Origin: Trichoplax sp. H2
Taxonomy: Eukaryota
DNA length: 64,000 bases
Direction of reading: 5' to 3'
Assembly: GCA_003344405.1 (NCBI GenBank)
Contig: NOWV01000274.1
Coordinates: 1-64,000 of the forward strand
Every line of letters starts with the position of its first letter. Position 1 is the first letter of the stretch. The notes beneath the pieces were generated by a model. That model saw only the letters and a list, made by a program, of their open reading frames with translations. It was not told the DNA's origin and did not search any database. The translations under genes were made by a program, and so were the position numbers. Positions 49,790 through 64,000 of this stretch are shown piece after piece.

Positions 49790-52700
49790 ATGGAAAGTAG
49801 AACTGCTCAGGAAGATTTTCCAACTTCTTGTATTCGCATCAATGGCAGACCTATTTTGCCAGTCAGGGTAAGTTCCACTTCAGGTACTGTTTACACTTTG
49901 CAATTGATTCGATCCTACCTTAAACCTGATCCAAGAAGACCAGCAGACCTGATTCTGGACGAGTCCTGTGTCGTATTTTGCCTACCAATTGCCCTAATAG
50001 TACTCATGGATATAATTGCGGTAGAATCATTCAATCAAATCGTGTCGTCGTAATCCTCCATTAGCTGACGTCAGTTTTATGACTACACATCGATTGGAAC
50101 TGATCGTCGAGATGATTACTGGTATACCAGTGATGATCATGATAGACTAAATACTAGTAGGATAGGCAAGGCCTATCATGTTTCTATACACGACAACATC
50201 GACAAGAGTAAGGAATGAAATTTTTAAGCTTGATTCACAGTTAGGAAATTAGAATGCAGTTATTGTAGTGTAGCTTCACGCAAGTCTCAAATACCTTTAT
50301 CAATCTGCCAGTTTGCATAATAAAATCCCAATAGACTCAACCCGAGAGAATTGGTAAGGTAAAATAGTCATCGTCGATTGGCAGCAAGAAGGGCTAATAG
50401 AGAGATATAGCAAATTATAAAAATTGACTATAGTATGGCTGCTTAAACTTGTAATATCGCATAGACGAATCAAAGATTAATACAAGAATTGCATCAACTA
50501 AATTCTCTACCGTGATTGATTGATTATAATGCATAATATTTATATTCGTATTACTCGTGTTTACTTTTCCGATGGTTTGAAATGGTTAGTCTTCATTCGA
50601 TCAGGAGGTTAAGGAAGTGCACTACCTCAAAATAGATAAATAAATCTCTGTTACGAATTATTGAAAAATTTGAAATACCTGCTAAAATGTCTAGTAGTCC
50701 TTGAATAATTTTGATCGTAGTATAGTTACGTATAGCGATAACTCCTTGTATGGATGATTAATCAATCGGTGTACAGTAAAAGGGACTGTGATTCTTAATT
50801 CAAACAACCATGTTGCTTTAGGACTTGGGATGTGCTTGGTATTTGATCCTAAACGTAGAAATTTTGTATAAATTTGATTAAAGTGCGGGTAGTTTACCTC
50901 TGCAGTGTGATTGAAATTAACATCCCAATTTCGATTCTGCTTCGTATTCCTTAATAAAACATTAATTTAATCCAAATCATGCACAGGTCGATGATAATTA
51001 TAAGAATGAAATTGCTAAATATAAAGCCATGGCGATTGCTCGGCAAAAGAAACTTGAGGATGCCAAGAAAGCAAAGCATAAACAATTACTTCAGGATATA
51101 GACATGAAAATGAAAGTGTTAGAGGTATGACATCTTACCAAATTGATCATTAATCTTATGACCGAATCTTTCTCATTCCTGTTTCCACTGCTCCATAGGA
51201 GAAAAAAAGAAATCGTCAAAAGTTAGAGCAAGTATCTGAATCGAATCCAAAACAACCTTCTGAACAAGATTCGGCAGTACTCAGCATAAACAACGTTAAC
51301 CACGTCAGCGCTGATCATAGCAGAAAAAGTAATAACGACAAAAAATCGGAAACTTATCTCGAAGAATTTCCATTAGAGACTAACACTGGTTCAAGTAACA
51401 TTGAAAATGATAACAGCTTCAGAATATCTGAAAAGGATAATGCAACACCCAAAAAAGAGGAACATTTAGCTAGTAACGATACAGAATTAAACGAGACAAA
51501 CGCTGATTCTAGTAGCGATACCGGACTAGTTGAGGATTTAATTAAAGAGTTTAGTCAGCATTCATTACAAACACCACAATCAAGCGATCAGGAAGAAGCT
51601 ATCAAGGATGAAATCCTATCTGTAAAGAACCTTGGTAGTCATCACACTCGCGCTCCTGAAACAAGTGATAGTACATCTTTGAAAATGCCAACTGTTGATA
51701 ATTTCCAATTTACCAGTCTAAGAAACTACAGTCCGCCAAATAAAGATATTTACCATTCACCGACACAAGAGGACAATAACGAAAGCGTAGCATCGTCAGG
51801 TAGACACGTATACTGTGCTAAGATTATATTTTGAAAAAGATTGCATTGTCTGACCGATAAAATACAACAGTTGTCAAGGGAAAGTATACGGAAACTTTTA
51901 ACTTGTGTTATAAATTACTGTAGACGATTCTACAGTGTTACAGGCATTTAGTGAAGATCGACCATCTAGCAGACGTCGATTAAATATGGATCAAGTTGTT
52001 GAACCTATTGAAAATCCTCAGAGTGTGGATGATGTTGATGATGCTAAAATTCGGTCGTCATATGAAATTAAAAGGGCCTCTCCCAGTCGCATTGTAATTG
52101 CCAGACCTCAATACATATTTGACGATAGTATGGATCCATTCGATACTGATGATAGCATTGAGACCGTGCCAATGAGAAATGATTTTTCATCCGAAACGAT
52201 TAGTAAAGAGCAAATTGCTCCAATACGGGCTTGGATGGAACTTCATGATATCAACGTAAGAGATTAGTTTTCTTCGTATGTAGATATTTGCGTATGTAAG
52301 AGAGATTACTGAATCGTTGAATACTTGTAGATTATGTCTACAAACTAAAGTGTGAAGACGCGGATAATGATTTACGTGTTAATATTTTATTGGTTGTCAG
52401 CGTAATCTGAATAATTTTCTCTCGCAGTTTGATAAGGTATCAGCTATAGCGAAGGGATTCTTGACACGTTTATTGATTCGAACGGAAAGAGTGCAAGCTA
52501 TCATTCAAACCATTAAGGTAACTCTATTACAGCATATAACAGACCTTACCTGAATATAGTATTGCTCCACTAAGTCCTTTATATTAATGTAGGATTCGAA
52601 CCTCGTCTTGCATAGCTTAAAAGATGACGTAGGCAATACGCGTTCATCTATTCGAGACTTTACATTCAGGGAGCGAATCCTTTCGCAAGTACTATATTAT

Positions 52701-54325
52701 AATTCTATACAAGCATAGATTCTTACAACGTAACGGCAGTTGAGATGACTGCTTCTCTCATTCTGTGGATTTTTTAGCTCAAAGCCGCTCGGTATTCACT
52801 AAATGATATCTTTATATCGGCTCCTTCGCACGTACGGATGAACATAATTGCAAATGATAGATTAACCAAGGTTGGTTTTGATCTGTATTATGACAACGTG
52901 GATGTTGTATTTTTAACATTTAATAAATTATTCGCAGGAGATTTGTTAATGATTACAATAGTTTCGCTACTTATTTGATATTCTTACTGCAAACGGGAAA
53001 ATTGCTAGTATTAAAGTTAGTAAATGTAATCAGTAAGGCTCTAAACGCTGTTAAACTCGTTTCAACAGAATTCTCGACAGTCGTCAGCGAAGAGTAAGCC
53101 ATTGGGTCTAAGTCGAGCAACGCGAATATCTCTTAACAGACGTCTGAAGTCTGCGTATCCTGAACTTTATCTTGATACAACTTTTAGAACGTGTACACAA
53201 GTTCCACTGCTCACGCTATCAAGTCAAACTTTGCAGAACTTATGAATTCATTAGATCTGCTATACACGTATACATGTATTATACCTATGCTGCTCATTCC
53301 ACATACGTAGATTTAATCAATTCTTCCTTGACTGCATAAGCAACAGTAGCAATAAAACAACTGAAAGTTCTAAGAAAGAAAAATCAAAAATTTTAACGAG
53401 GTTAGAAAAGTAGGCTTTTATCTATTTTCACACACGTTTTATCCTACTTACCATTAGACTGCTTTATCAGTCGTATATTCACTTGTTTACAACAAAATGT
53501 GTATGGGTTTCTTTCTGTCTTCTTATGTATAGTTTTACTATTCAGTTTATTCAAAATCTTTATGTCAATCATTGTATTCTCCCTTAATGACTTTCTTGTA
53601 ACCGAAATAGTTTTCCTCAGCCTGAGCAAAGTGTTCAATCGCCTTATCTTCGTGGTAATAAAAGGTGAGTGAATTTATGGCACACTTTGAAAAATTAAAA
53701 ACTACGAGCCTGCTGTGTTGATTGCTTTACACTATTTGATCTATATCGCTTTGTGTATAAAAATGAGCACTCTGTAGATTTGTCTTTATGACATCATTTT
53801 GTTAAGTACTTATCAATCCGCAATAATCTATTCCTTTGCTATGGTCATGTTACTATTAGAATTTTTGGCTCTAGTAACACTCCAAATGTAGCTCGTGCAT
53901 CGCAACATAATCGATCCCCTACTGTAATATTAGATTTAGGGTATGTTCCATGAAATGTTTGAATTATTTAGGTTATTTCATTCAATTGTTTATTGCAATA
54001 TCTTTTATGCTGATTTTCTACGTTATCTTTGCCTTCTATAAAACTTAGACATAAACGTCATTTAGAATCGGATCCTGTACAATTAAAGAAATCTCGTCCT
54101 GCGTCGGCCATCATAGAGCGTGGATACAACAAAAAGAGTGTTGCTGACCGTGTTACTCTAAGTAGTGAATTTTTAAGGCGAAATAAACTCGATCAGTCAC
54201 CAAAGACTGTTTCACCCTATTCAAGAAAAAAAGGCACGCCGAAGAACTTAAATTCTAAATTTCCTAAAAAGACTAATTATGGCGGAGCTATACCACTGGC
54301 GCGAAATATTTCCAAGAAGATCTAA
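49790..54325 (+). CDS. CCP110: Centriolar coiled-coil protein of 110 kDa-like, multi-exon
   Basis: N-terminal SCIRINGRPILPVR followed by a coiled coil. The C-terminal calmodulin-binding-like segment FDKVSAIAKGFLTRLLIRTERVQAIIQTIKD...FRERILSQLKAARYSLNDIF resembles CP110. The GT-AG exon chain ends at TAA 54325. Confidence 0.75.
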
Positions 54326-55699
54326 GAATAGTTTTAATTTATTAAGCATTCATTTTGTAACGCTAATTAATCGACCTGTTTATTTATAACATGACCCCTT
54401 GGTAATTCTTATTGCAGATTATTTTGCTACCAGTCTTTAGGTACTCATGAGAGATACATATAGCTATTATATGACACAAAGTATGCTTAGTTGCGAAAAA
54501 TCCCTATCTTTGAGTTGCGTTTACTGTGATTGTACATATTATAATATTATCCAATTTTTTACTCGTCAAAATTTATTCATTGATACATACAGAAAAGTGA
54601 TTTTCACTGCCAGAGTCTTCCTTCTAATTAAATGCTAGGCTATCTGTATGTTTAAATAGCCATATTGCTCAACCATTTTATATTTGTATTTGCAATCTTT
54701 GTACATATACACACATAAATTTATATATTTCGAAATCCTTTGCCATCGTTGTTTGGTAATCTGTTACCAATGACTAATCTCACATTTGAATATTGTAATG
54801 CGAATCTAACTGTTGTGGAATGCGTTTCTTATTATTAGAGAAGTGATGTCGCATAATTAGTATGCTACTGTACGTTGCAAATAAAGTTTATTTCAACTTG
54901 ATACATTCGTTTGATTTGACCAACAAGTTATGGATGCGTGCCTATATCGTAATTTTATTATACGGGTATATGTTACTTGCAAAAGAAATTAAATATGTGT
55001 CGGTAAATAGGAAAATATCTAGTGCTGACTATTACAAAGTTCCTATAGATATAATAGTACAAGTTCTATGATGATTGAAAGCGTTATGATCCGCATGCTA
55101 TCGCATTAAACTACTGTTACCCTAACAAATATTTTATCAAGATTTATGTTATAGTCTGCATTTTAACTATGGATTAGCGGCAAAAGTCTTGCTTGGTTTA
55201 ATTAATTACGTATTTATATAAAATCATTGCCCAAAGAAATTAATTCGCCAAAACCTTTAATGTACGTACATTAATCCGTCCAAAAACTCATTTCTGTACC
55301 TCCTTCGATATATTTTAGATTTAAATGTGTCAGAAATTAGAATAAGTGTTTATTAATTTATTCCGGTATCTTACTTTCAAACTAGTATTTAAATGAACTG
55401 ATTTGAGGATCAGCTGATTTCCTTCTACCACTGTAAACAAGCAATTTATTCTATTTAATTTCGGTGCATTGTTCGTTATATTATTTCCGTATAGAAATTG
55501 ACTATTAACCATAATGATGCTAATTAAAAGACATCAATTGATGATTAATAACATTATAATCTGCTTTGAGTAATAGTAAATTAAATCGACAAAAAATTGA
55601 AGTAAAGTATTTTCTGATTGAGTTCTATCATAACTTGAAAGAGCTAAGCAATACCGACAGTATTAATAGTGAGCATTATAACGTCTTTTTAGCGCTTCA

Positions 55700-56110
55700 T
55701 GACATCACATTCTATCTTAAGTAAAGACTGGTAGTCAATTGGATCGATAAATTATTCAAGCCAATTAATAAACTGGCCGGGGCTTATTTCTGGATAGACT
55801 TTGCAATTAATTTCAATTTTGCCTATTGCGAGATATGCTGTACATCGATGATTCATCACATTACTATCTGCCTTGCGTAATAGTTAACTACAAAATGATA
55901 AATTAGACGTTGGAATATCGGAGTAAACAGATGAACAAACCAAATTCCATTGTTACTCAATAGTGGATTGCTTCATGCAAGTCTCAATAGTGTTTTATTC
56001 ATAATACCTCTATGTATCAGTGATCCATGATATTTTAATCTGCCTTTAAGACTGGTTAATTCGACCGATAAATTCTCCAAGTCAATAGATTGAATCCTAT
56101 TATTACTCAA
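55700..56110 (-). pseudogene. Possible decayed LRR-protein fragments
   Basis: - strand pieces ALLSNNRIQSIDLENLSVELTSLK and LLSNNGIWFV resemble LxLxxNxIxxI repeats. There is no continuous ORF. Confidence 0.3.
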
Positions 56111-59100
56111 TAGAGCCATTCTGTTAGTTTAATAGCACTTCTAATACCTACATGATATTTTATCATATTCAAGTTTACCTTGAATATCATCCTTAAAAGC
56201 ATATAGAAACAAATGTCAACCCACCAGAACGGACTATCGAATAATCAAGCCTAACTTATCTTAAAGGTAAAAATCGATTCCTTTTATCATGATTAGTCCT
56301 GAATCAAAAGCATTAAATTATTGATATATTGTATAGTCTATATTCATTTTAAATAGAATATTTTTACTAAATCATTGAAAGTATTTCGCGCGTAAGCGAT
56401 CTACCGAGACATGGTAGTATTTTAATTGACAATCTTTTATTTTTTTCTATTTTTATTCATTAATACACTAATGCAGACAGTGGATTATTATTTATTTGGC
56501 CATTTCCTCTTGGCGTGGGATACAGCCTACATGACAACATCATTCCGCAGATGGTTTACAAACTAGCAACGATGCCACACATATTGTAATGGCTTTGTCA
56601 TTTTATTGTTATTCTGTTAAAATAAAATTACAAGTGGAGAGACGAAGACAATAGTCGATGGCTGTACAACTAGACGACTCTTGATTTGTATTGTATTTTA
56701 TCATCAAAAGAAAACATAAAGATTATTTATTATCAAGTTAAATTAAGAATGATAGTATTAAATGTAAATTATTCAATACATTAGCGGAACAATATAAATT
56801 ATTGCTTCATTTGATGTTGACAACTTTACTCATTATTTTGCCATTTTTAATTATCGCTATAGCGTCATCTAGCTATACGTAATATCGGCCTAATCTCTCG
56901 TATAACTGGATAAACACCAATCTATTTAGTATTACTTTTATTAAGTAGAAAGAAAAGTAGCGTCTTATATCGCAAGATATATATATACAATGCTAGCGTG
57001 TTGTTTTGCCTTGTAATGCGCACGATGAAATACGCTAAATAACGCGAGGATGGCTAAGAATAATTGATAATGAATTTGATCATGGAAGGCCAAAATGAAC
57101 CCATGAATAAACTAATATTAATCATTGTCGATCGACAGGATACATCAAATCTTCCTGTCCATAGGTGTTATCATGACTTTACTGAATAGTTGTAATCATA
57201 AGCGAATATGTAAAGTAATTAACGCGATGGATCAGCGAGGTTATTATTCATTGTAAAATAGACCACAAGATGTAATTCAGATGGAAAGAAAGAAGTAAAT
57301 TACGGTACTCTACTTTTAATATAAGTATAGAATGTATTTGCGGCTAAAAGGAGCATGTTGTCAATCATTCTGCATCATCCAATTGTAGATTAATATCAAA
57401 CTGTAGACCAATGCGGAGCAAGGATGTAGAGTTAAATCTCACAGTAGGAAGTTCCTAAAACTTTACGGTATCTATACGAGACGATATCTGTCGTAGAGCT
57501 TAGTACCTTTCCTATTGCTATAATATATGAATAATAATCATGATCATAGTCATGACTTCTTGATATGATGACCTGATAAGAAAATTTTCTTTTGAATGAT
57601 TATTAAGTTAATTAGGTATAATTAATAATACAGCATCACCAGATCTTATTTTGCAGAAATAATGTCGTAACTCAAATTACCCCTACATATTCATTTCATT
57701 TTACAATTGGAACTGCAGATACCGTCGGCAATAATCTGCATTCGTATTGGATCAAAATTACTATTTTCTGCCATTAGAAAGGATATGGTACCCTTTTATA
57801 GCTTGTTATCGGACGAATTGCCAATGAATTTATTCGTAGTCTTTACAAGTTAACAATGTTCCGGGGCTTTCTTGCTATTGAGTACACAAGCTAAAAGGGT
57901 CTAAATACACATACAAACCGCATACTTTAAAATAAATACTAACGAGCAAGATATTAATCCATCAATTGGAACGAGTGTATTTGAGAAGGACATAGATCTT
58001 CTAAAATCAAAGTTGTAGTCCAACATGAATACCCCTAGCTCCTAATAAGAGTCAGTTTGATAAAAGCGAATTTTATGTCTCCAAGGCTATGACACCGTGT
58101 TTATAAGCGTCAATAAGCTATTTTCTACGGTTGATAAAATAAGGTCTCAATTTCAACCGAAGCTAACAAGAATCAATAATTGTAAGTAAACACTGAGGTC
58201 GTTGCCTATTTGCATATTCTATAGACTATTTTGCTTTGCTACGTTGAAATTGTTGATCCATTTGTATCATTCATATAGGCCTATCAGCACTTATTTTAAC
58301 CTTTTTTATCCCATCTAATCTTCCCTAGATCATTTTTCTACGTCTAGGAAGAAAGATTTCCTTTCATGAGGATTACTAATCTTATCTAGTCACGGAATTA
58401 GTATACCATCATCTCGATTGCACTTCGACATCTATGGCGGACTGGACAACCAGACAAGGAGAAGAAGCCTATGTTGCATAAACTCTTAGCGTGTTTCTCC
58501 GTCTATAGAACACCAGGGAGGATATTATACTAAAACTAAAATGCATCGGTGTCTACTCGAGTAATTCTCTATACCAAACACTTGCATACAATATCCTGAT
58601 TGTGCTGTAAAGTAATCATTTCCGTCCATGCCGAATTGCCGCGATGTCCGACTATCACGATACAATTTGCTATCCTTTGCATTGATGCACTCGACACTTT
58701 ACTACTGTCATTTCCTGGAACTTTGAGGCGGAGACAAAAAGTAATTAATATTCAACAGTGATCACTGCATCCAAGCCAAATACAACACATGAATAATACA
58801 TTAGAACTAAAGGCTTGTTATTTTTTCATCGATTGATCAAGACTAACGATACAATCTAGTTGGAAGCTAGTGTGATCTATTCTCCTATCGAATCCATTAT
58901 CGACTTAGAGCCATCGTCCATGATGCAATAATATGGTGGTAGTGATGTTTTGGTTATCGCCGTCGAGGAAATAATTAATCGATTTAGATTAGATGTTGAT
59001 TGTTTAGTTAACAAGGAAACGCTAAATTTCAACTGAATGATTCATGATTGCCGTAGTCTAGAGTCAACATATTGATCAAGGTTGAGCAAGTTAATAACTG

Positions 59101-59400
59101 TCAATTTATAGAGAGGAAAAAGGGGCAGGAGAAAAAACGATTAATTACGTTGATCTAACCGATTTAGTGTATTTTCCACTCTTGAACTTCATCGTTTTAA
59201 CATCGATCAAGAATAATATTATTGGTTTTATTTCGTATCATTTTGGGATCCATTTCATCTATTAATATCCACGATATTGTTCTATAGATTAAGGTTGAGG
59301 ACAACTGCAATAGAAAAAGAAATGAGACCATCGGTAATCAAAATTCATTAAATTTAATTATCCATCTTTACTAAACTATAGAATCTATAATTTAAAAAAT

Positions 59401-59938
59401 ATGGCGAGTCTTCAAGCTGTTAAAAGTCGACAACAAACCAACGCCCAACACACTACCGTAGGTAATGTCAATAGTCCTACAAGTAATGCTAATCATCATG
59501 GCAGCCGTAGTAAAAGCTATCAAGAAAATGGACATCACCCCCATGGTGATACGACACCGATAGTTAATCATCGTCATGATGGAAATTCGCGTCAGAAAAG
59601 GATAGAAAATAGACGTCAACAAGAATCACCAGACCGGGAAAATAATACTCCATCTAATTCTAATTCAACAAAGCGACAAAAATCATCTTCTCATCATGAA
59701 ATTATCAATCTTAATCGTCGCTCTACCAAAGATTCCCTACCCAATCATACAACAAATCATGGACGTCCATCGGATTCACATCATGAGAATAATGACTTAA
59801 TAACGGTTAATAACGGTAGCGATATCGTCAATTTAATTCATCAATTGGTAATTTTACGCAAGAAATTTGCAAAATTACAAGACGAATGCAAGGAAAAACT
59901 ACGTCTTAATGGAGGAGCATCTTCTGACGAAGCAACTG
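59401..59938 (+). CDS. First coding exon of an unidentified gene (low-complexity N/H/S-rich N-terminus plus a short coiled coil)
   Basis: ATG in aatATGG context just after an acceptor (ctatAG, ~59382). The frame is open to ...DEAT-G|GTAAG at 59939. Downstream exons were not identified in the window. Confidence 0.7.
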
Positions 59939-62900
59939 GTAAGATTATCAGTCATAACACCCCAACATTGATCGTAGGTGGCCTTACAACCTTCTTTATT
60001 ATTGACCATATTGAATTTTGATGTCATCATCAATGCAATTTATCATAACATTGACTAAAACAAACTACCGCAATCTTGATCGACATGATAGAAAGAGTTT
60101 TAGAAGAGTCTATTTTAAACGCTTCTTCTTTCCTATCACTGTGTTTTCCCCTTATTTTAATGTTTGATTTTGATTATATCCAACGTTTTTTCAACTTAGC
60201 GTTAGAAATTTCCATAGAATCGAGACTTTGCCCTTATACTTTTATTAACCTACGTAGCAATTGGATGACAAGATTGTTTACTTAACAAAATGGAGTCTAG
60301 AAATAAGACATTTAAATTTTCGATCAAAAGTCTTACAAAAAACTTAATTCAATCATAGCAGTTGATCGCCGTTATTATGACTCAATTCGACAGTTCTTTA
60401 TTATAATATTTCTTCATTTTGCCATGAAATCGCCATGTATTTGTCGCTCTTTGTTCATCATGGCTAACAGGAGGTCTTAAACTCTGCAGTCTATCACCTT
60501 ACCCCATACAGTTTAGTTAATTGATTTGAACGTAGTTTCCTGTTGTGCCAACTGCCACTTACGGCAGCCTCATCAAAATAATAATAGTATCTCAAGGTAA
60601 ACTCTATCTATCCATTCTTTCTGATCAAGTTTGATGTAATTAAGTTTTGACAGAATAGAAGATAAATCATTCATTTATTAATCTTATCAACATTTTTTAA
60701 TTTGCTTGACACCAGTAGCCATTACAGAGTGTAAAATGGCGAGGGATAGAAATAGATTTTGATTTCTTCCTCTCTTTCTAGCAGAATTTCAATAAATCCA
60801 ATTGTAGAGCTACTATAAATCGTTTAAAAATTTCATCGTTCATTTGCTAGATGTTGGACTTGATCAAATGTAATATGCGTAGATCAAACGTCTTTCGTGA
60901 TTTCTTTATCGAGGCCGGAAAAGCTTGCGAGACGTCCATCACGCACTTAATAGTATTCTTTCGTTGCTTTATTCGTTAATCGTGATGGAAAGTAGTAAAG
61001 AGCAGAAATATCGAATACAGTGTGCTTCCAAGATATTTGTCACGTACTTTATATTCAATAGTATTCCTTCGTTGATAGACATGACGTATGCCGGCAATGG
61101 AGTTTTTATCCAAGTATCGATGGCAAAGTAGTCACGGTTCTCTGCCATTTTTTAGCTGAAGAATGTAGTAAGAGTAGAACGACTAAATATTACTTTCAAG
61201 CTATTTCCTGATACCGTGAAGGCTAAATTTTTCAAGCAATGCTGCTTATCATCACGTACATAAGTCGCGTTTTAGGGGATTAATTCAATCCTTACTCTGT
61301 CTATCCATGTATTAAAAGCAAGCCTCTTCATTCATCTACAATAAATTATAATAAGTCAAAGATGTAGAACTTTAATTTCTAATGCGATAGCTAATACCAT
61401 TTGATTACAAAATCGTATTCGCTAAATCGAGTCGATCGGAAGAGTTTGCTTCTTTATTGATAATGAATAGATGGTCTACGATATACTGTAGAATGACATG
61501 ATTATACTGAAATCACTAATGATAGATTATTCTACAACTTGGCGGTTAAAGCCTCTATAAAACAAATTGTAATTGACCTAACTCTAGATACTGTAAGCAG
61601 GCACATAGTAGGCTGTCCTCAATTTGAAACTGATTTAATATACTGATGATAATTTTTTAATCGTAATGATCTAAACTTAACGATGGTGCTTAACGAGGCC
61701 AATAGTTTTGATCCGTAAATTGCGAGATAGGCGCTAGCACTGTGCTGTGAAAATAGAATATAATGATAAAGATTACACTTGGATACAATAAAGTCAAGAT
61801 TCTATACTATATCAGTATTTTAATTTTTCTAAGAAGCTCAACTTACACCATTAGTTGAGATAAAGTAAGAATTAAAACGTTATTAGCATCTTTTTGCGTA
61901 ATAGATACTATACAGGAAGCATCGACAAGAAATTCAATATTTCTTCACACATTAGTATATTCGAAATTAGGGTCAATGTATCTAGGCTTGGGATTATCCG
62001 TCAGATATATCCAATCGCTAACCAATATAGTCCAATATCTGTCTAACAGTTACGGTAAATAATCTACGTGTCTTAAAATTGATTCCAATCGAAAAGACCC
62101 ACAGGGCAGATAATGGACTGACTGCTATTGCAAAAATAGTTCCGGTTTATGGAGTTTATTCTGAGACTAATCCACTGTTCATAGAATTATCGATAGTTTA
62201 AAATGACTTTATGACACAAATTAGATATTAATAAATCATTCATCACCGTCAACAATTTATAAGGGATGCACACAATTTTTTTAGATGTAACATTTTGAGA
62301 TCCAAAGAATTCAAATAAAGTTTTTGTTGCTAATTGTTATATTATTACCGCAAGTTGTGTTTTACATCGTTTATTTTAAAATTACTCGACTAATCATAGA
62401 ATTATTAGAATTTGAAATTGCCGAACAATTCAAATTATACGTTAATCAATAAAAATAAAAATCAAGCATCGGTGAATCAGTTTCCACTGTTAAAAGCAGT
62501 AATAGTTGTAGACAAATTTTCAACGATGACAATATGGGATGCAAGGACATCTATCAAATGTTATTTATTATCCATAATTATTTTTGTGAATAATGCTGAA
62601 GGACATTTAATAAGATTTAATCCATACATTTATGCAAGTTTAAGAACTGAAAAATAGAAAAGTATACTGGTCTTCAGATTGATTGATTATAGTGAATGGT
62701 ATATTTATGTACGGAATTGAATATTTACTGGTGCCTCACTTTTTATTGCGGTTAGAAAAACCGCAACTTTTAACAACTTCTACCAAGATACAGTTACATT
62801 TTGTTGCCCAACTTTAAGGATGTAGACTACTCACGAAGTAAAATTATGGATGTGTAACTGCTACAGTTATAACTTTACTCTAGATCATCGCTGTAAAACT

Positions 62901-64000
62901 GTTAAATTTTTTTCAAATCGCCTTCGCTATTTATCAATTTCATTAGCTGCGCTGATATACCTCTTAATAAACTTACCATACCTTGATTCTTTTCTTCAGC
63001 TTCAGAAACGGAATGTACAACAATTTTCAAGGAATTAAATAGTATTGAAGAAATGATATCATCGATTAAATCGTTAGTGGTTGATTATAATGCTGAATAT
63101 AACTGGGAAACATCGGTAACAGGTTCGTATTTCATAAATCTGTCGCGAACTTCATCTTTTATATCATTTGAGTCTTTAAGAAAGCAAACATGTTGTTTAA
63201 TGGTGATATCGAGAACTTTCTTGGTTATTTCTATATCTATAAAAATACAGAAAATAAAAGGATACTCTAAATTTTATAATTATAGACCAAAATGAGCAAA
63301 CCAAATCGCTGGTAGATGACTTAATACATATGCCAGGACCTCACACGGAAGATGCGGTAATCAAAATGCTTCATATGAGGCTGAAAGCAAAAGAATTACA
63401 TGTAAGTAGCTGTAGAGCCTCTAAAGCAAAGCCCTTATCGTTAAATTTACCAGCCAGGCTTGATACAAATAATGCCTATCTGATCGTCTCGAAATTGACC
63501 TACTTCTTTATTTCTTTCATCAATCGATTAGTGTCGGATAGGACCAGTCTTAATTGCCTTAAACGGCTACTGGAAAAATGGACGTGATTTACATTGGTTA
63601 ACTTCAGATTCGCCTGTTAGTAAAGATTATCCCTACTTATTAAATATTATTTATGAAGCGAGTCGTCGATTACAAGAAACAAAACGGCCTCAAGTTATTA
63701 TTCTTAGGTAATATTGCTATAATTTTAGTTACCTACATTAGTATAAACTAGATACGATTGCAATACTTCTAAATTTCATTAGAGTAGTTAGTAAGCATAT
63801 CAAATGGGTTGATGCAATAGTAGAAATTTTGTGAAATTTTAATATGCCTTCAGTAGATCTTATATCACATAGTATTTGATAAAATTATTTATTTCTATAT
63901 TGGTACGTTTACCGATGTAAGAGCGTGTATGTGATCATAACAAATTTCTTTTCATCAATTGAAGTGGCGAAAGTGGCAGTGGTAAAACATTTACCTCAAG

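Noticed and set aside
60076..63587. Short ORFs in the last 4 kb
   Set aside because: No homology cues or consistent exon chain; likely intronic chance ORFs.

Overview
AT-rich animal genomic DNA with short GT-AG introns. The style resembles a placozoan (Trichoplax-like) genome, but that is inference only. Recognisable conserved genes are COX6B (-), LENG8/THP3 (+, with a U12 AT-AC intron) and a CCP110-like gene (+). The window also holds an intronless BMT5/DUF2431-like methyltransferase, two intact and two decayed copies of a secreted Cys-containing protein family, the first exon of an unidentified gene near 59.4 kb, and degenerate mobile-element relics. The standout is 151-7163 on the - strand. 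What looks like a degenerate ~345-bp tandem repeat is a series of introns, each delimiting a 3-nt microexon (AG-NNN-GTRRGT, 16 copies). The splice sites are invariant, the triplets are hypervariable, and each acceptor has a long AG-free zone. The array lies between an exon encoding a signal peptide plus acidic pro-region and a terminal exon starting Lys-Arg. Read in phase 0 it gives ...P-R-P-Q-I-K-F-H-T-R-F-F-F-N-A-G|KR. This is a candidate amidated neuropeptide precursor encoded one codon per exon, in which exon skipping could yield a combinatorial peptide library. Splicing, frame and function are inferred and need transcript evidence.
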